In this document: positions 48,495 to 57,973 of the stretch, piece after piece
Layout of the letters: each line of letters begins with the position of its first letter
Numbering within the stretch: position 1 is the first letter of the stretch
NCBI GenBank assembly: GCA_964619725.1
Contig: CAZUFC010000010.1
Coordinates: 6,277-70,276 of the forward strand
Length of the DNA stretch: 64,000 nt
Direction of reading: 5' to 3'
Origin: an uncultured bacterium
GTDB lineage: Bacteria; CSSED10-310; CAZUFC01
The notes under the pieces: model-generated
What the model saw: the letters and a program-made list of their open reading frames with translations, nothing else
Databases searched by the model: none
What the model was told of the DNA's origin: nothing
Made by a program: the position numbers and the translations under genes

Positions 48495-49242
48495 ATCATT
48501 GAGAAATATCTTGCGATATTATCTGAATTTTCAGAAATCCTGGGGTATAGAATTCGTTCGCAGCGAGCAGCGTCCGGCCCCTGGACCGGCGGTTCAAGGG
48601 GCGACTGAGGCGAAGGAAAAAAAGAAACCGGAAGAGGCTCAGAAGAAGACGGTTAAATATACGATGAGCGAGAAAATTGCGGCGCTTCAAGCTATAGAAG
48701 AGCAGGTTAAGGGATGCCAAAAGTGCCGGCTTCATGAGCACAGGAAGCAAAGCGTATGCGGTGAAGGGAATCCTAATGCGGAGCTGATGTTCGTGGGAGA
48801 AGGACCGGCAAAGATGGAGGATTTGTCCGGTAAACCTTTCGTAGGACCGGCCGGTCAATTGCTGACTAAAATGATCTCGGCCATGGGTTTGACTCGCGAT
48901 CAGGTTTACATAACGAACATAGTGAAATGTCGTCCTCCGGGCAATCGCAATCCGCGCGACGATGAGATGGATCAATGTGAACCTTACCTGATTCGCCAGA
49001 CGGAAATCATCCAGCCTAAAGTCATTGTAACTCTGGGCTCACCGTCTTCTCTGCGCCTGCTGAAAACCGCCATCCCTATTTCTGCTTTGAGGGGCAAATA
49101 CAGGAAATACAGGGGCATCAAAGTTATGCCTACATTTCATCCGGCTTACTTATTGCGTAATGAGCAGGAGAAAATCAAAGTATGGGAAGATTTGCAACAG
49201 GTTATGCTGGAACTGGGAATACCTTTGCCCGGCAAGAGATAG
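48481..49242 (+). CDS. udg: Uracil-DNA glycosylase family 4 (Fe-S)
   Basis: CQKCRL, FVGEGP, PFVGPAGQLL, NIVKCRPPGNR, TFHPAYLLR. Confidence 0.93.
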   Translation: MKDVESLRNILRYYLNFQKSWGIEFVRSEQRPAPGPAVQGATEAKEKKKPEEAQKKTVKYTMSEKIAALQAIEEQVKGCQKCRLHEHRKQSVCGEGNPNAELMFVGEGPAKMEDLSGKPFVGPAGQLLTKMISAMGLTRDQVYITNIVKCRPPGNRNPRDDEMDQCEPYLIRQTEIIQPKVIVTLGSPSSLRLLKTAIPISALRGKYRKYRGIKVMPTFHPAYLLRNEQEKIKVWEDLQQVMLELGIPLPGKR

Positions 49243-49296
49243 CGGAAAATTTTTACCCATAAAAATTATTGATGCATCCTTATATTTGTGCGAGCA

Positions 49297-51804
49297 ATGG
49301 CGAGTAACGGTCAAACAGAGAAAAAAAATTCACTTACGGTCAGAGTCGTCGTTTCAGTTCCGTTATGGCAGCCCTTGAATTATTCGGTTCCCGAAGAGAT
49401 GAGAAGCAAGGTCAAAATAGGTCAAAGGGCTTTAGTGCCTTTGAATAAAAGGAACGTAACGGGAATCATCGTTGATGTGATCTCACGGGATCGCTGTGAA
49501 ACGGAAATCAAAAAAATGAAGCTTGAACCGATAGGTGAAATACTGGATGAGCAGCCTGCTGCCGACAGACGCTTAATCAAGTTAACAAAATGGATGACCG
49601 AATATTACGTGAACAGATGGGAGCGGAACCTGCAACTCTGCCTGCCCAGGGGCAATGAAAAGTTAATCATAAAAAAAATTACCGCAACGGAGAAACTGAA
49701 GGGAAGCACATTTAAAAAATCCCAGGATTACAAAAAATTGAATCCGGCGCAAAAGCAAATCATCGATTATCTGATATCGTTCGGCAGCACAAACATAAAA
49801 ATTATTGACGAAAAATTCGGGAAAAAAAATTGGGGCTCGATTTTACAATCTCTTGAAAAGAGGGGTTACGTTCGACTTTCCTGGAGTTTGAAAAGCAATC
49901 AAGATTTGGAAAAGCTGAATACTTTCGTTAAGATAAATGACAAACTGGATGCAAGCGGCTCCATTGATTTGAACCTATCGACCAAGATGTGGAACATACT
50001 GGAGTTTTTGGAAAAGCTTGGCGGTGAAGCGCCTGTGTCCACCCTTAGCAGAGAATTCAAAAACGTCTACAGCACGATCAACCGTTTGGCGAATAAAGGA
50101 TTGATTGTAAAAGAGAAACGTAGAATCTTCCGAAGGCCGGCGCTTCCATCGCAATCGCTTTTAAAAACGCTGGGCAAGGAACTTCTTGTGGAACAGCAAG
50201 CAGCATATGCTGCAATAAAAAGGGAGCTGGTTTCAGATAAGTATTCGTCGTTTCTGCTTTTTGGAGTAACGGGAAGCGGAAAGACGGAAATATATTTACA
50301 GGTTATCTCTGAGGTTCTGAGGCAAAACCGGCAGGCTCTTGTCCTTGTTCCTGAAATAGCGTTGACGCCTCAAATAATCAGGCGATTCACAGGTCGTTTC
50401 GGAAGCCGGATAGCCGTCATTCACAGTCGTTTGTCACGAGGTGAAAAATACGATGAATGGGAGCGAATACGGAAAGGCGAAGCGGATATAGTCATCGGCG
50501 CTCGCTCTGCTTTATTTGCTCCGCTGCGTAATCCAGGCATCATTATTGTGGATGAGGAACAGGACAGGTCCTACAAGCAGAATTCGGAACCCCGGTATAA
50601 CGCGAGGGACCTGGCGGTGATGAGAGCCTATCAGAATCGCTGTTGCGTGTTACTGGGCTCGGCCACTCCGTCGGTTGAAAGCTATTACAACGGACTGACC
50701 GGAAAATATACGATGTTGAAGCTGGAAAAGCGAGTGAACGAACGTCCTCTGCCGGACATCCGTATAATTGACATGAACAAGAGTCTCAAGAAAAGCAAAA
50801 AACAGCGCTCCAGCCTGTCCCAAGAAATGAAAGCGGCCATGATGAAAACTCTGGAACAAAAAGGGCAGATCATTTTACTTCTCAACCGCAGAGGTTATTC
50901 AACTCATATCTATTGCCGGCATTGCCGGGAAGGCATCTCATGCCCTCATTGCTCCGTCTCTATGGTTTATCATTCAAATGAAAACAAAATAATGTGCCAT
51001 CATTGCCTTTATACTTCACCTGCTCCGACTAAATGCCCTCGCTGCAGCGAAGAATTGCTCGAATACCGGGGAATGGGGATTCAAAAGCTGGAACAAGAAT
51101 TAAATGAACTGTTTCCTTCTAATACGGTCCTGCGCATGGACAGGGACACAGTAACATCTAAGAATGCTTACAGCGATATCCTTGATGAATTTCGACACGG
51201 AAAAGCCGATATACTCATCGGAACCCAGATGGTTGCCAAAGGACATGATTTCGCCGGCGTCCTGCTCGTGGGAATTTTAGACGCAGACATCGGTCTAGGC
51301 ATTCCAAACTTCAGGTCCGCTGAACAACTCTTCGCTCTTCTCACTCAAACCGCCGGTAGAACGGGTCGCGGAGATAGACCCGGCAGATGCCTCATCCAAA
51401 CCCTTTGCCCGGATCATTATTCCGTTCAATTTGCTCAAAAACATGATTATAAAGGTTTCTACGATGCAGAGCTCTCTCTCAGAAAAAAATTGCACATGCC
51501 ACCCTTCTCTTCACTCACGCTTATCAGACTGCAAAGTTCAAATAGAAAACTGGTACATCATACCGCCTACGATCTCAAATCAGAACTCCAGAAACACTCT
51601 ACAAACCTCGCTGCGCTCTTCGGGCCTGCACCGGCGCCCGTTTTTAAATTAAAGGACGATTATCGCTGGCAGTTCCTCATTAAAACAGCCTCACGAAAAA
51701 TGATGACGTCTTATTTGCATGCAATCCAGCCTCTCCTTCGAAAATTAGACAAAAAAAGAAACATCAAATTGGTGATTGATCGCGATCCGATGGAAGTCTT
51801 TTAA
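49297..51804 (+). CDS. priA: Primosomal protein N' (replication restart helicase)
   Basis: GVTGSGKTEIY, LVPEIALTPQ, DEEQD, GSATPS, NRRGY, four CxxC pairs, GTQMVAKGHDF, GPAPAP. Confidence 0.97.
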   Translation: MASNGQTEKKNSLTVRVVVSVPLWQPLNYSVPEEMRSKVKIGQRALVPLNKRNVTGIIVDVISRDRCETEIKKMKLEPIGEILDEQPAADRRLIKLTKWMTEYYVNRWERNLQLCLPRGNEKLIIKKITATEKLKGSTFKKSQDYKKLNPAQKQIIDYLISFGSTNIKIIDEKFGKKNWGSILQSLEKRGYVRLSWSLKSNQDLEKLNTFVKINDKLDASGSIDLNLSTKMWNILEFLEKLGGEAPVSTLSREFKNVYSTINRLANKGLIVKEKRRIFRRPALPSQSLLKTLGKELLVEQQAAYAAIKRELVSDKYSSFLLFGVTGSGKTEIYLQVISEVLRQNRQALVLVPEIALTPQIIRRFTGRFGSRIAVIHSRLSRGEKYDEWERIRKGEADIVIGARSALFAPLRNPGIIIVDEEQDRSYKQNSEPRYNARDLAVMRAYQNRCCVLLGSATPSVESYYNGLTGKYTMLKLEKRVNERPLPDIRIIDMNKSLKKSKKQRSSLSQEMKAAMMKTLEQKGQIILLLNRRGYSTHIYCRHCREGISCPHCSVSMVYHSNENKIMCHHCLYTSPAPTKCPRCSEELLEYRGMGIQKLEQELNELFPSNTVLRMDRDTVTSKNAYSDILDEFRHGKADILIGTQMVAKGHDFAGVLLVGILDADIGLGIPNFRSAEQLFALLTQTAGRTGRGDRPGRCLIQTLCPDHYSVQFAQKHDYKGFYDAELSLRKKLHMPPFSSLTLIRLQSSNRKLVHHTAYDLKSELQKHSTNLAALFGPAPAPVFKLKDDYRWQFLIKTASRKMMTSYLHAIQPLLRKLDKKRNIKLVIDRDPMEVF

Positions 51805-51943
51805 ACGGAGTATGGCAATCAATGAAAAAATCGGAATGGATCACAGGGGTAATGCACTATTTGAGAAATGTTCTTCTCTTATAAGTGATATCCGAGGCAG
51901 CCGCAGCCTGACGAAGCAGTAGAGAAAATTCACCCTTTATGGA

Positions 51944-52336
51944 TTATTTCCCGTCTTCATTTCGCCATCTCTCAAGCTTCTCAAAGGAAGCATCCACGAC
52001 TTTTGCCAGTACATCCAGTGAAACCGGTTTTGTAAAATAATCGTCAAAACCCGCTTCACGACAATCAGAAAGCTCGAAAAGAGATGCATATCCGGTAACG
52101 GCAACAGTAACGGCTAGCGGAAAATCTTTTCTGATTAACCGGCATAACTCAATCCCGTTCTTTCCAGGCAACCTCAAATCAAGGACAAAAACCCAAAATT
52201 TTTCCTTCTTCAGTATCTCCAGAGCCTCCTCTGCGCTTGCCGCAGCTTTTACTTTATAACCCGCCCTGGTGAGTCCCAGTGTGAAAGTGTCCCGGATTAC
52301 GTCTTCATCCTCAACGATCATTATTTTCCTGTTCAT
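51944..52336 (-). CDS. Single-domain response regulator
   Basis: IVEDE, LDLRLPGKNG, VTGY, YFTKP. Confidence 0.9.
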   Translation of the reverse strand: MNRKIMIVEDEDVIRDTFTLGLTRAGYKVKAAASAEEALEILKKEKFWVFVLDLRLPGKNGIELCRLIRKDFPLAVTVAVTGYASLFELSDCREAGFDDYFTKPVSLDVLAKVVDASFEKLERWRNEDGK

Positions 52337-52339
52337 GTT

Positions 52340-53050
52340 TCACATTCCTTCCCTTTTATATTGCACAACGTCCGCTTCATCGCTCGCTCCATTTGCTGAT
52401 GCTTTGTCGATATCTATAATATGACTTCTGTCATCCAAATATTTTTTCCTCTCATATCGAGTTATTCTCATGAGCTTGCTGGTTATATTTCCCAATCGAT
52501 CAGTCTGCTGTTTAATTTTCTGAATAATTCTATAATGAGGATCATCTTCACGCATATCAGACATCAATAATTCCGAATATCCCGAAATGCCCTGCAGCGG
52601 TTGATTCATCTCGTGGCAAACAGCTCCCGCCATTTCCAGCGCTCCCTGTAATTTTTCTTTCACGCTCAGCTTCTCCTGAAGTTCGACGATTCGCCGGCCT
52701 ACTGCTATTCGCGCCCGAAATTCATCCTTGTCGAAAGGTTTAGACACATAGTCGTCAGCCCCCGCTTCCAATCCCTCTATGATATCCTCCCGCTTGTCGC
52801 GGGCCGTCAGCAATATCACATACTTAGCATTATTCCCTTCCTCGCTTTTTAATTTCCGGCATATATCAACCCCGTCCATCCCGGGCATCATCCAGTCCAA
52901 TACCGCTATCCTGGGTGAAGCATTCTCCTGCAATATTTCCCAGGCTTCTTTGCCGTCAGTCGCTGTTACCACTTCATATCCCCATTTCTCAAGAGATGCA
53001 CTCAATATCATTCTGGATGTCGCTTCATCCTCCGCTATTAATACGCGCAT
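52340..53050 (-). CDS. Receiver + HisKA-like protein without ATPase domain
   Basis: IAEDE, LDWMMPGMDG, LLTA, DDYVSKP, then H-box VCHEMNQPL; start uncertain (53050 or further upstream). Confidence 0.82.
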   Translation of the reverse strand: MRVLIAEDEATSRMILSASLEKWGYEVVTATDGKEAWEILQENASPRIAVLDWMMPGMDGVDICRKLKSEEGNNAKYVILLTARDKREDIIEGLEAGADDYVSKPFDKDEFRARIAVGRRIVELQEKLSVKEKLQGALEMAGAVCHEMNQPLQGISGYSELLMSDMREDDPHYRIIQKIKQQTDRLGNITSKLMRITRYERKKYLDDRSHIIDIDKASANGASDEADVVQYKREGM

Positions 53051-53432
53051 TCTTTTCACTCCTCTCCCTTCTCTCCTTGATCCTTCGGAAAACGACACAT
53101 CAGGCTTTCCATGCCTATTTTCGGAACCGCCCGAACTTTGACCATGGCAGGTCGGCCGGCCTTCTTCGCTTTTCATCACTCAACCCCTCAATGAAAATGA
53201 CGCTGACATAATTGTTCCGTCAAACTTTATCAGCGCAATTTTTGAATTTTGATTGTGCCCATCCGACTGAAATACAGCCTGCAGATGCGCCGACAAGTTA
53301 AAATATACGAAAGCAGCGCAGAAAGTCAAAAATTATAGATATTATCGGCAATTCTTGCAATTTAAGCTATCTGTTTGTAATATGTCTGATTTATGGGGTC
53401 GTCATTGTTATGGGGGGGAGCGATAATTATTT

Positions 53433-53924
53433 TCAGGAATCATTATTGGAGAATTCAGCCATTTGATTCATAGCCATAAAAACGGCATCGAGATATGGTT
53501 CGCATTTTGAGCGTTTTTGTTTAATGGTTTTGAGGGCATCAGAAATAGGCATTTTTTCAATGAAGACGAAATATGCGAGGACGACGAGGGGCGAGCGATT
53601 AATGCCTGCGGTGCAGTGAACGTAGACCCGGTGTCCCTGGTCCAGGAGCTTTTTAAGTTGCATAACGGCCTGGGGAAGAGCGGAGGCCTGACTTCTGGGA
53701 TCGAAATCTCTCATAGGGACGGATATTTTTATTAAATTGAGTTGTTCCGCTTTAAGATTCAGGGAGCGGACATTGATTTGATAACATTTGAGATCGTGAT
53801 CATCCTGTAAGGAAAGTACTGCCGTGGCGTTGGTATGAATGACGATGTCGTCAAGGTCATCGTCTGTAAACGGACATGAGCCGATGATGATCTGTTCGTT
53901 AATTTGATCACAATCGAAATTCAT
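53433..53924 (-). CDS. Dual-specificity phosphatase (laforin/SEX4-like)
   Basis: IIIGSCP, VLSLQ, MRDFD, VYVHCTAGINRS (CX5R); RBS GGAGG. Confidence 0.85.
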   Translation of the reverse strand: MNFDCDQINEQIIIGSCPFTDDDLDDIVIHTNATAVLSLQDDHDLKCYQINVRSLNLKAEQLNLIKISVPMRDFDPRSQASALPQAVMQLKKLLDQGHRVYVHCTAGINRSPLVVLAYFVFIEKMPISDALKTIKQKRSKCEPYLDAVFMAMNQMAEFSNNDS

Positions 53925-54093
53925 ATCACCCTCCCTCTTTTCTCCTCGAAAAATATACATGAGCTGAAAGTGTGATTCAAGGGAAAGCGGTTATTTTCCT
54001 GGGAAAATATTGACAAGAAGGGAGATATGTTATTATTTGTAATATTGCGGTCATTTCAGCGGCCGTGGATAGACATTTCAGACAGGGGAAAGG

Positions 54094-56889
54094 ATGTTAG
54101 ACTATTTCAAAAAAGCAAAAGGGCGTTATATACAGTTGATGCAGCAGACGACAAGACCTCTGACGCTTGAGGAAAAAGAGGAGGTCATGAGGAGCATCGA
54201 CAATGCGGCCCGTTTTCCGAGTCGAGTGATACTGGAGATGCTTTCGAAGGCTTACACGATAAAAGATGCCCGGATAAAGGCCGACAAGATCAAGCTTATT
54301 GAAGATATATTCGAGCTTTATCCTGTTCAGGGATTGATACAGCATCTGGCGGATTTGCTCGACAAGCCGATTGATGTAGTAACTAAGAGCACTGTCCACA
54401 AATTGATAAGCCGTTTAGCGAATGCGGAAGAGCTTCAATCTCTTACGCTGCTGTTAAAGTCCCGTGATCCTGAGAATCGCACACTAGGGGCGTCGATACT
54501 GAATCAATATGCTGGAGAGGAAGTCTGTCGGATATTGAAGAATGAATTAAAAAAGGACGACTGGCGTAACAAATCCGAAGCATTAGATTTATTGTTTGAA
54601 TTTGGGGACGAGGATATCGTTGAATTTTGCGAAGCAATTTTGAAGACGGGAAAGGAGCCTGAAAAGCGAAACGTCGTAGGCATATTAACCCGAATAGGAA
54701 CGACTGAAGCGGTGGAGTTGCTGTCTGAAGCGATTCCACACTCATCATTGCGATTACGCACGATAATAGCACAAGCTCTGACAGAGATAGGAACGACGGA
54801 CACGGTAGAAGCATTGATCAAGTTATTGAACGACGATAAGGCGGTGGTAGTTTCGAGCGTGCTGCAGGGATTAACGCGCATAAACGACTCTCGGGTCATC
54901 GAAGCCATAAGCGAGGCGTTATCGCACAGGGAATTTTCTGTTCAGCTTCAGGCGATTGAGACATTAGGGCGCCTTGGTGATGAGAAGCAGGTACCGATTT
55001 TGATCAACAGGTTGAAGGATGAGGATTTTCGGATACGCCAGGCTGCCACTGAATCTCTTTATCAGATAGCCTTCAAGGAGGAGACGAATTTATCGAAGTT
55101 ACTGCTTGAATTAATGGTGGACAATGAGGTGAACGTTCGTCGTTGCGTTGCGGAATTGTTAAGGAAGATTCAGGATGAGAGTTTATTTGACGAATTATTT
55201 GAATTTTTAAAGGACGAGGACTGGTGGGTAAGGGAAGCGATAGCGGAAACGCTTTCGAAGGTAAAAGACAATCGTGTAGTTCCTTCAGCGATAAAGCTTT
55301 TAGAGTCGGACGATGAAATATTCAGACGTTACGGCATCGAGATATTGATAGGGATCAAGGACCGTCGAGCCGTCAAACCGATATTGAAGCTGCTTAATGA
55401 TCCTGACTGGTGGGTAAGGGAACGTGCTGTCGAGGCGTTAGGATTTTTAGGCAATGTAAAGATCGTGCCGTTATTGATCAATCTTCTGAAAATACCGGAA
55501 CTAAGGTATGTAGCGACAAAATCTCTGGGGCAGATCGGCGATAAGCGAGCCGTCAGCCCCTTGCTGGATATCATCAACGATTCTGCGAGCGAAATTCAGA
55601 AGGTTATACTGGAGGCGTTGTCTGAATTGAATGCCGTTGAAGCGGCGGAAGATATCAAGGGTATGCTGATAAGTCCTGAAAGGGAAGTGCGTCTGAAAGC
55701 AAAAGATGTGTTGAATTATTTAAACATTGACCTCGGCGCTGACGTCGAAGTTTCTGACGCCTGGTGGGAAAAGCGAAAGATGGGACTTCTCGACGTACTT
55801 CTTCTTGAAACGAAAAAAGCAGGCGGAGCGGATTTAACATTAGTAACGGGATTACGGCCTTTTATGCGAGTAGACGGCGAGCTGTTCGAGATGAAGCGCA
55901 ATGCTTTAACGGAGGATCAGATTTTCAGATTAATCCGTCCGGCTCTCAGTCACGAGCAGGAGCAGGCATTGAATGATTCGCTCGATGTGGATTTTTCCTA
56001 CGAGATAACCGGAGAGGGCCGATTCAGGGGTAACATATGTAAAGAGCGCAACGGATTAAATGTTTCCATGCGTTTAATTCCAGACAAGGTCCCGGCGCTT
56101 GAGGAATTGAAAGTGCCTGAGATCATCAGCGGTTTCGGAAAGAAGCGTAAAGGGCTGATAATTTTCAGCGGACCTCCGGCATGCGGGAAAACGACGACGA
56201 TGGCTTCAATGATAAATCAGGTCAATCACAATCGTAATCTTAACATAATAACGATTGAGGACCCCATAGAATATTTATTCGAAAACGCTAATTCGGTGAT
56301 TACCCAGAGGGAGATCGGTTCGCATGCGATTTCCTTTACCTCAGCTATTGATGCTGCACTTCGAGAGGACCCTGACGTGATCATGGTCGGCGAAATGAGA
56401 GATTCTGAAACGATACGCATGACATTGGCTGCAGCCGAAACAGGGCATTTGGTTTTCGCAACGTTAAACTCGGTAAGCGCGCCCCAGGCGATAGAGAGAA
56501 TCATCGATTATTTTCCAACGAAAAACCAGGATCAAATTCGTCTTATGCTTGCCGACAATTTATGGGCCGTCGTATCTCAGCAGCTTTTATCCCGCAAAGA
56601 CGGAAGCGGCAGGCATCCGGCATTCGAAATTCTTATGATCAACCAGGCGATAAGAAATCTTATTCGTGAAGACAAATTGTTCCAGGTACCCAGCCATATG
56701 ACCACAAATCGAAGCATTGGAATGACCACGATGGACCATAGCCTGGCGAATCTCGTAAGGCAGGGGATTGTGTCTGCCGAGGAAGCCTATATCAAGGCAT
56801 TTGATAAGGATATTTTCCGACAGTACGTGGAAATCGAAAAGAAATCAGGAAACCGGTCATGGCAAGAATCGACACCTTCCTCAAATTAG
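54094..56889 (+). CDS. HEAT-repeat + PilT-family ATPase fusion
   Basis: ~540 aa of HEAT/PBS repeats (D.DWWVRE.A.E.L), then GPPACGKTT, TIEDPIE, REDPDVIMVGEMRD, AIRNLIRE. Confidence 0.9.
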   Translation: MLDYFKKAKGRYIQLMQQTTRPLTLEEKEEVMRSIDNAARFPSRVILEMLSKAYTIKDARIKADKIKLIEDIFELYPVQGLIQHLADLLDKPIDVVTKSTVHKLISRLANAEELQSLTLLLKSRDPENRTLGASILNQYAGEEVCRILKNELKKDDWRNKSEALDLLFEFGDEDIVEFCEAILKTGKEPEKRNVVGILTRIGTTEAVELLSEAIPHSSLRLRTIIAQALTEIGTTDTVEALIKLLNDDKAVVVSSVLQGLTRINDSRVIEAISEALSHREFSVQLQAIETLGRLGDEKQVPILINRLKDEDFRIRQAATESLYQIAFKEETNLSKLLLELMVDNEVNVRRCVAELLRKIQDESLFDELFEFLKDEDWWVREAIAETLSKVKDNRVVPSAIKLLESDDEIFRRYGIEILIGIKDRRAVKPILKLLNDPDWWVRERAVEALGFLGNVKIVPLLINLLKIPELRYVATKSLGQIGDKRAVSPLLDIINDSASEIQKVILEALSELNAVEAAEDIKGMLISPEREVRLKAKDVLNYLNIDLGADVEVSDAWWEKRKMGLLDVLLLETKKAGGADLTLVTGLRPFMRVDGELFEMKRNALTEDQIFRLIRPALSHEQEQALNDSLDVDFSYEITGEGRFRGNICKERNGLNVSMRLIPDKVPALEELKVPEIISGFGKKRKGLIIFSGPPACGKTTTMASMINQVNHNRNLNIITIEDPIEYLFENANSVITQREIGSHAISFTSAIDAALREDPDVIMVGEMRDSETIRMTLAAAETGHLVFATLNSVSAPQAIERIIDYFPTKNQDQIRLMLADNLWAVVSQQLLSRKDGSGRHPAFEILMINQAIRNLIREDKLFQVPSHMTTNRSIGMTTMDHSLANLVRQGIVSAEEAYIKAFDKDIFRQYVEIEKKSGNRSWQESTPSSN

Positions 56890-57932
56890 CCGCCGAACAG
56901 AAGGCTTCTGATTTTCATCTTATCGCGGGATCGCCGCCCATGATTCGAGTAAACGGCGACCTTTTTCATTTGAAATTTCGTCAAATTTCTCAATCTGATT
57001 GCAATAATTTTATCGAAGAAATTCTGACGAGCGACTTAAAGAAAAAACTGGAAGAGAAATTTGAGATCGATTTCAGTTATACCGTTAAAGGCGCATCCAG
57101 ATTCCGGGTCAATGTTTTCACTCATAAGGACGGTTTAAGCGCCGTATTCAGGATTATTCCCGATCGGATTTCCACTCTGCAGGAATTAAACTTACCCCAT
57201 TCCATTAAAGAATTCGCGAATTTCGAGAAAGGACTCATTCTGATCACAGGTCCGACTGGCTGCGGAAAGTCAACGACCTTGGCGGCCATCATCGACATCA
57301 TTAACTCGGAAAAAAGGCGTCACATATTGACTATTGAAGAACCAATAGAATTTATCCACAAAAAGAAAAAATCTCTCGTATCCCAAAGAGAAGTAGGACT
57401 TCATACGCCGAATTTTGAAACGGCCCTGAGGTCTGCTGCCAGAGGCGCGGCAGACGTAATACTTGTAGGAGAAATGCGGAACCCGGAGACTATTTCGCTC
57501 AGCTTGACATGCGCTGAAACAGGCTCATTAATATTAGGCACTCTCCATACAGACTCCACAGCCAGCGCCATTTCAAGACTGATCGATTCATTTCCGCCGG
57601 ATAGACAATCTCAGGTAAGAGCCATGCTGGCCATGTCGCTCAAAGGCGTCATCGCTCAACAATTGGTAAAGAAAAGCGGCGGCAGGATGCGCCTCCCAGC
57701 GGTTGAAGTCCTGTTCGGTTCGTCTGCTCTGGCTAACGTCATCAGAGAGGGAAAACTGCACCAGATCGCTTCACAGCTTGAAACTGCCGGCTCATCTAAA
57801 AACAAAATGATCTCAATGGATCAAAGCCTTCTCAGGTATGTTAAGCAAAAACAGATTTCACCTGAAACAGCTCTCTATCATGCATACAACCGCCCCAGGA
57901 TGAAGAAAATTCTGGAAGCGCTCTCCATCTGA
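56859..57932 (+). CDS. pilT: PilT-family ATPase
   Basis: MARID..ASDFH, RFRVN, GPTGCGKSTT, TIEEPIE, VGEMR, GTLHT, ALANVIRE. Confidence 0.88.
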   Translation: MARIDTFLKLAAEQKASDFHLIAGSPPMIRVNGDLFHLKFRQISQSDCNNFIEEILTSDLKKKLEEKFEIDFSYTVKGASRFRVNVFTHKDGLSAVFRIIPDRISTLQELNLPHSIKEFANFEKGLILITGPTGCGKSTTLAAIIDIINSEKRRHILTIEEPIEFIHKKKKSLVSQREVGLHTPNFETALRSAARGAADVILVGEMRNPETISLSLTCAETGSLILGTLHTDSTASAISRLIDSFPPDRQSQVRAMLAMSLKGVIAQQLVKKSGGRMRLPAVEVLFGSSALANVIREGKLHQIASQLETAGSSKNKMISMDQSLLRYVKQKQISPETALYHAYNRPRMKKILEALSI

Positions 57933-57973
57933 ATCATATCTTTCCATAAGCCGAAGAGACAGGTTGTTCTTTT

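Noticed and set aside
52340-53050. REC-HisKA without HATPase as a pseudogene
   Set aside because: Clean stop, tight coupling to the next gene and no frameshift evidence.
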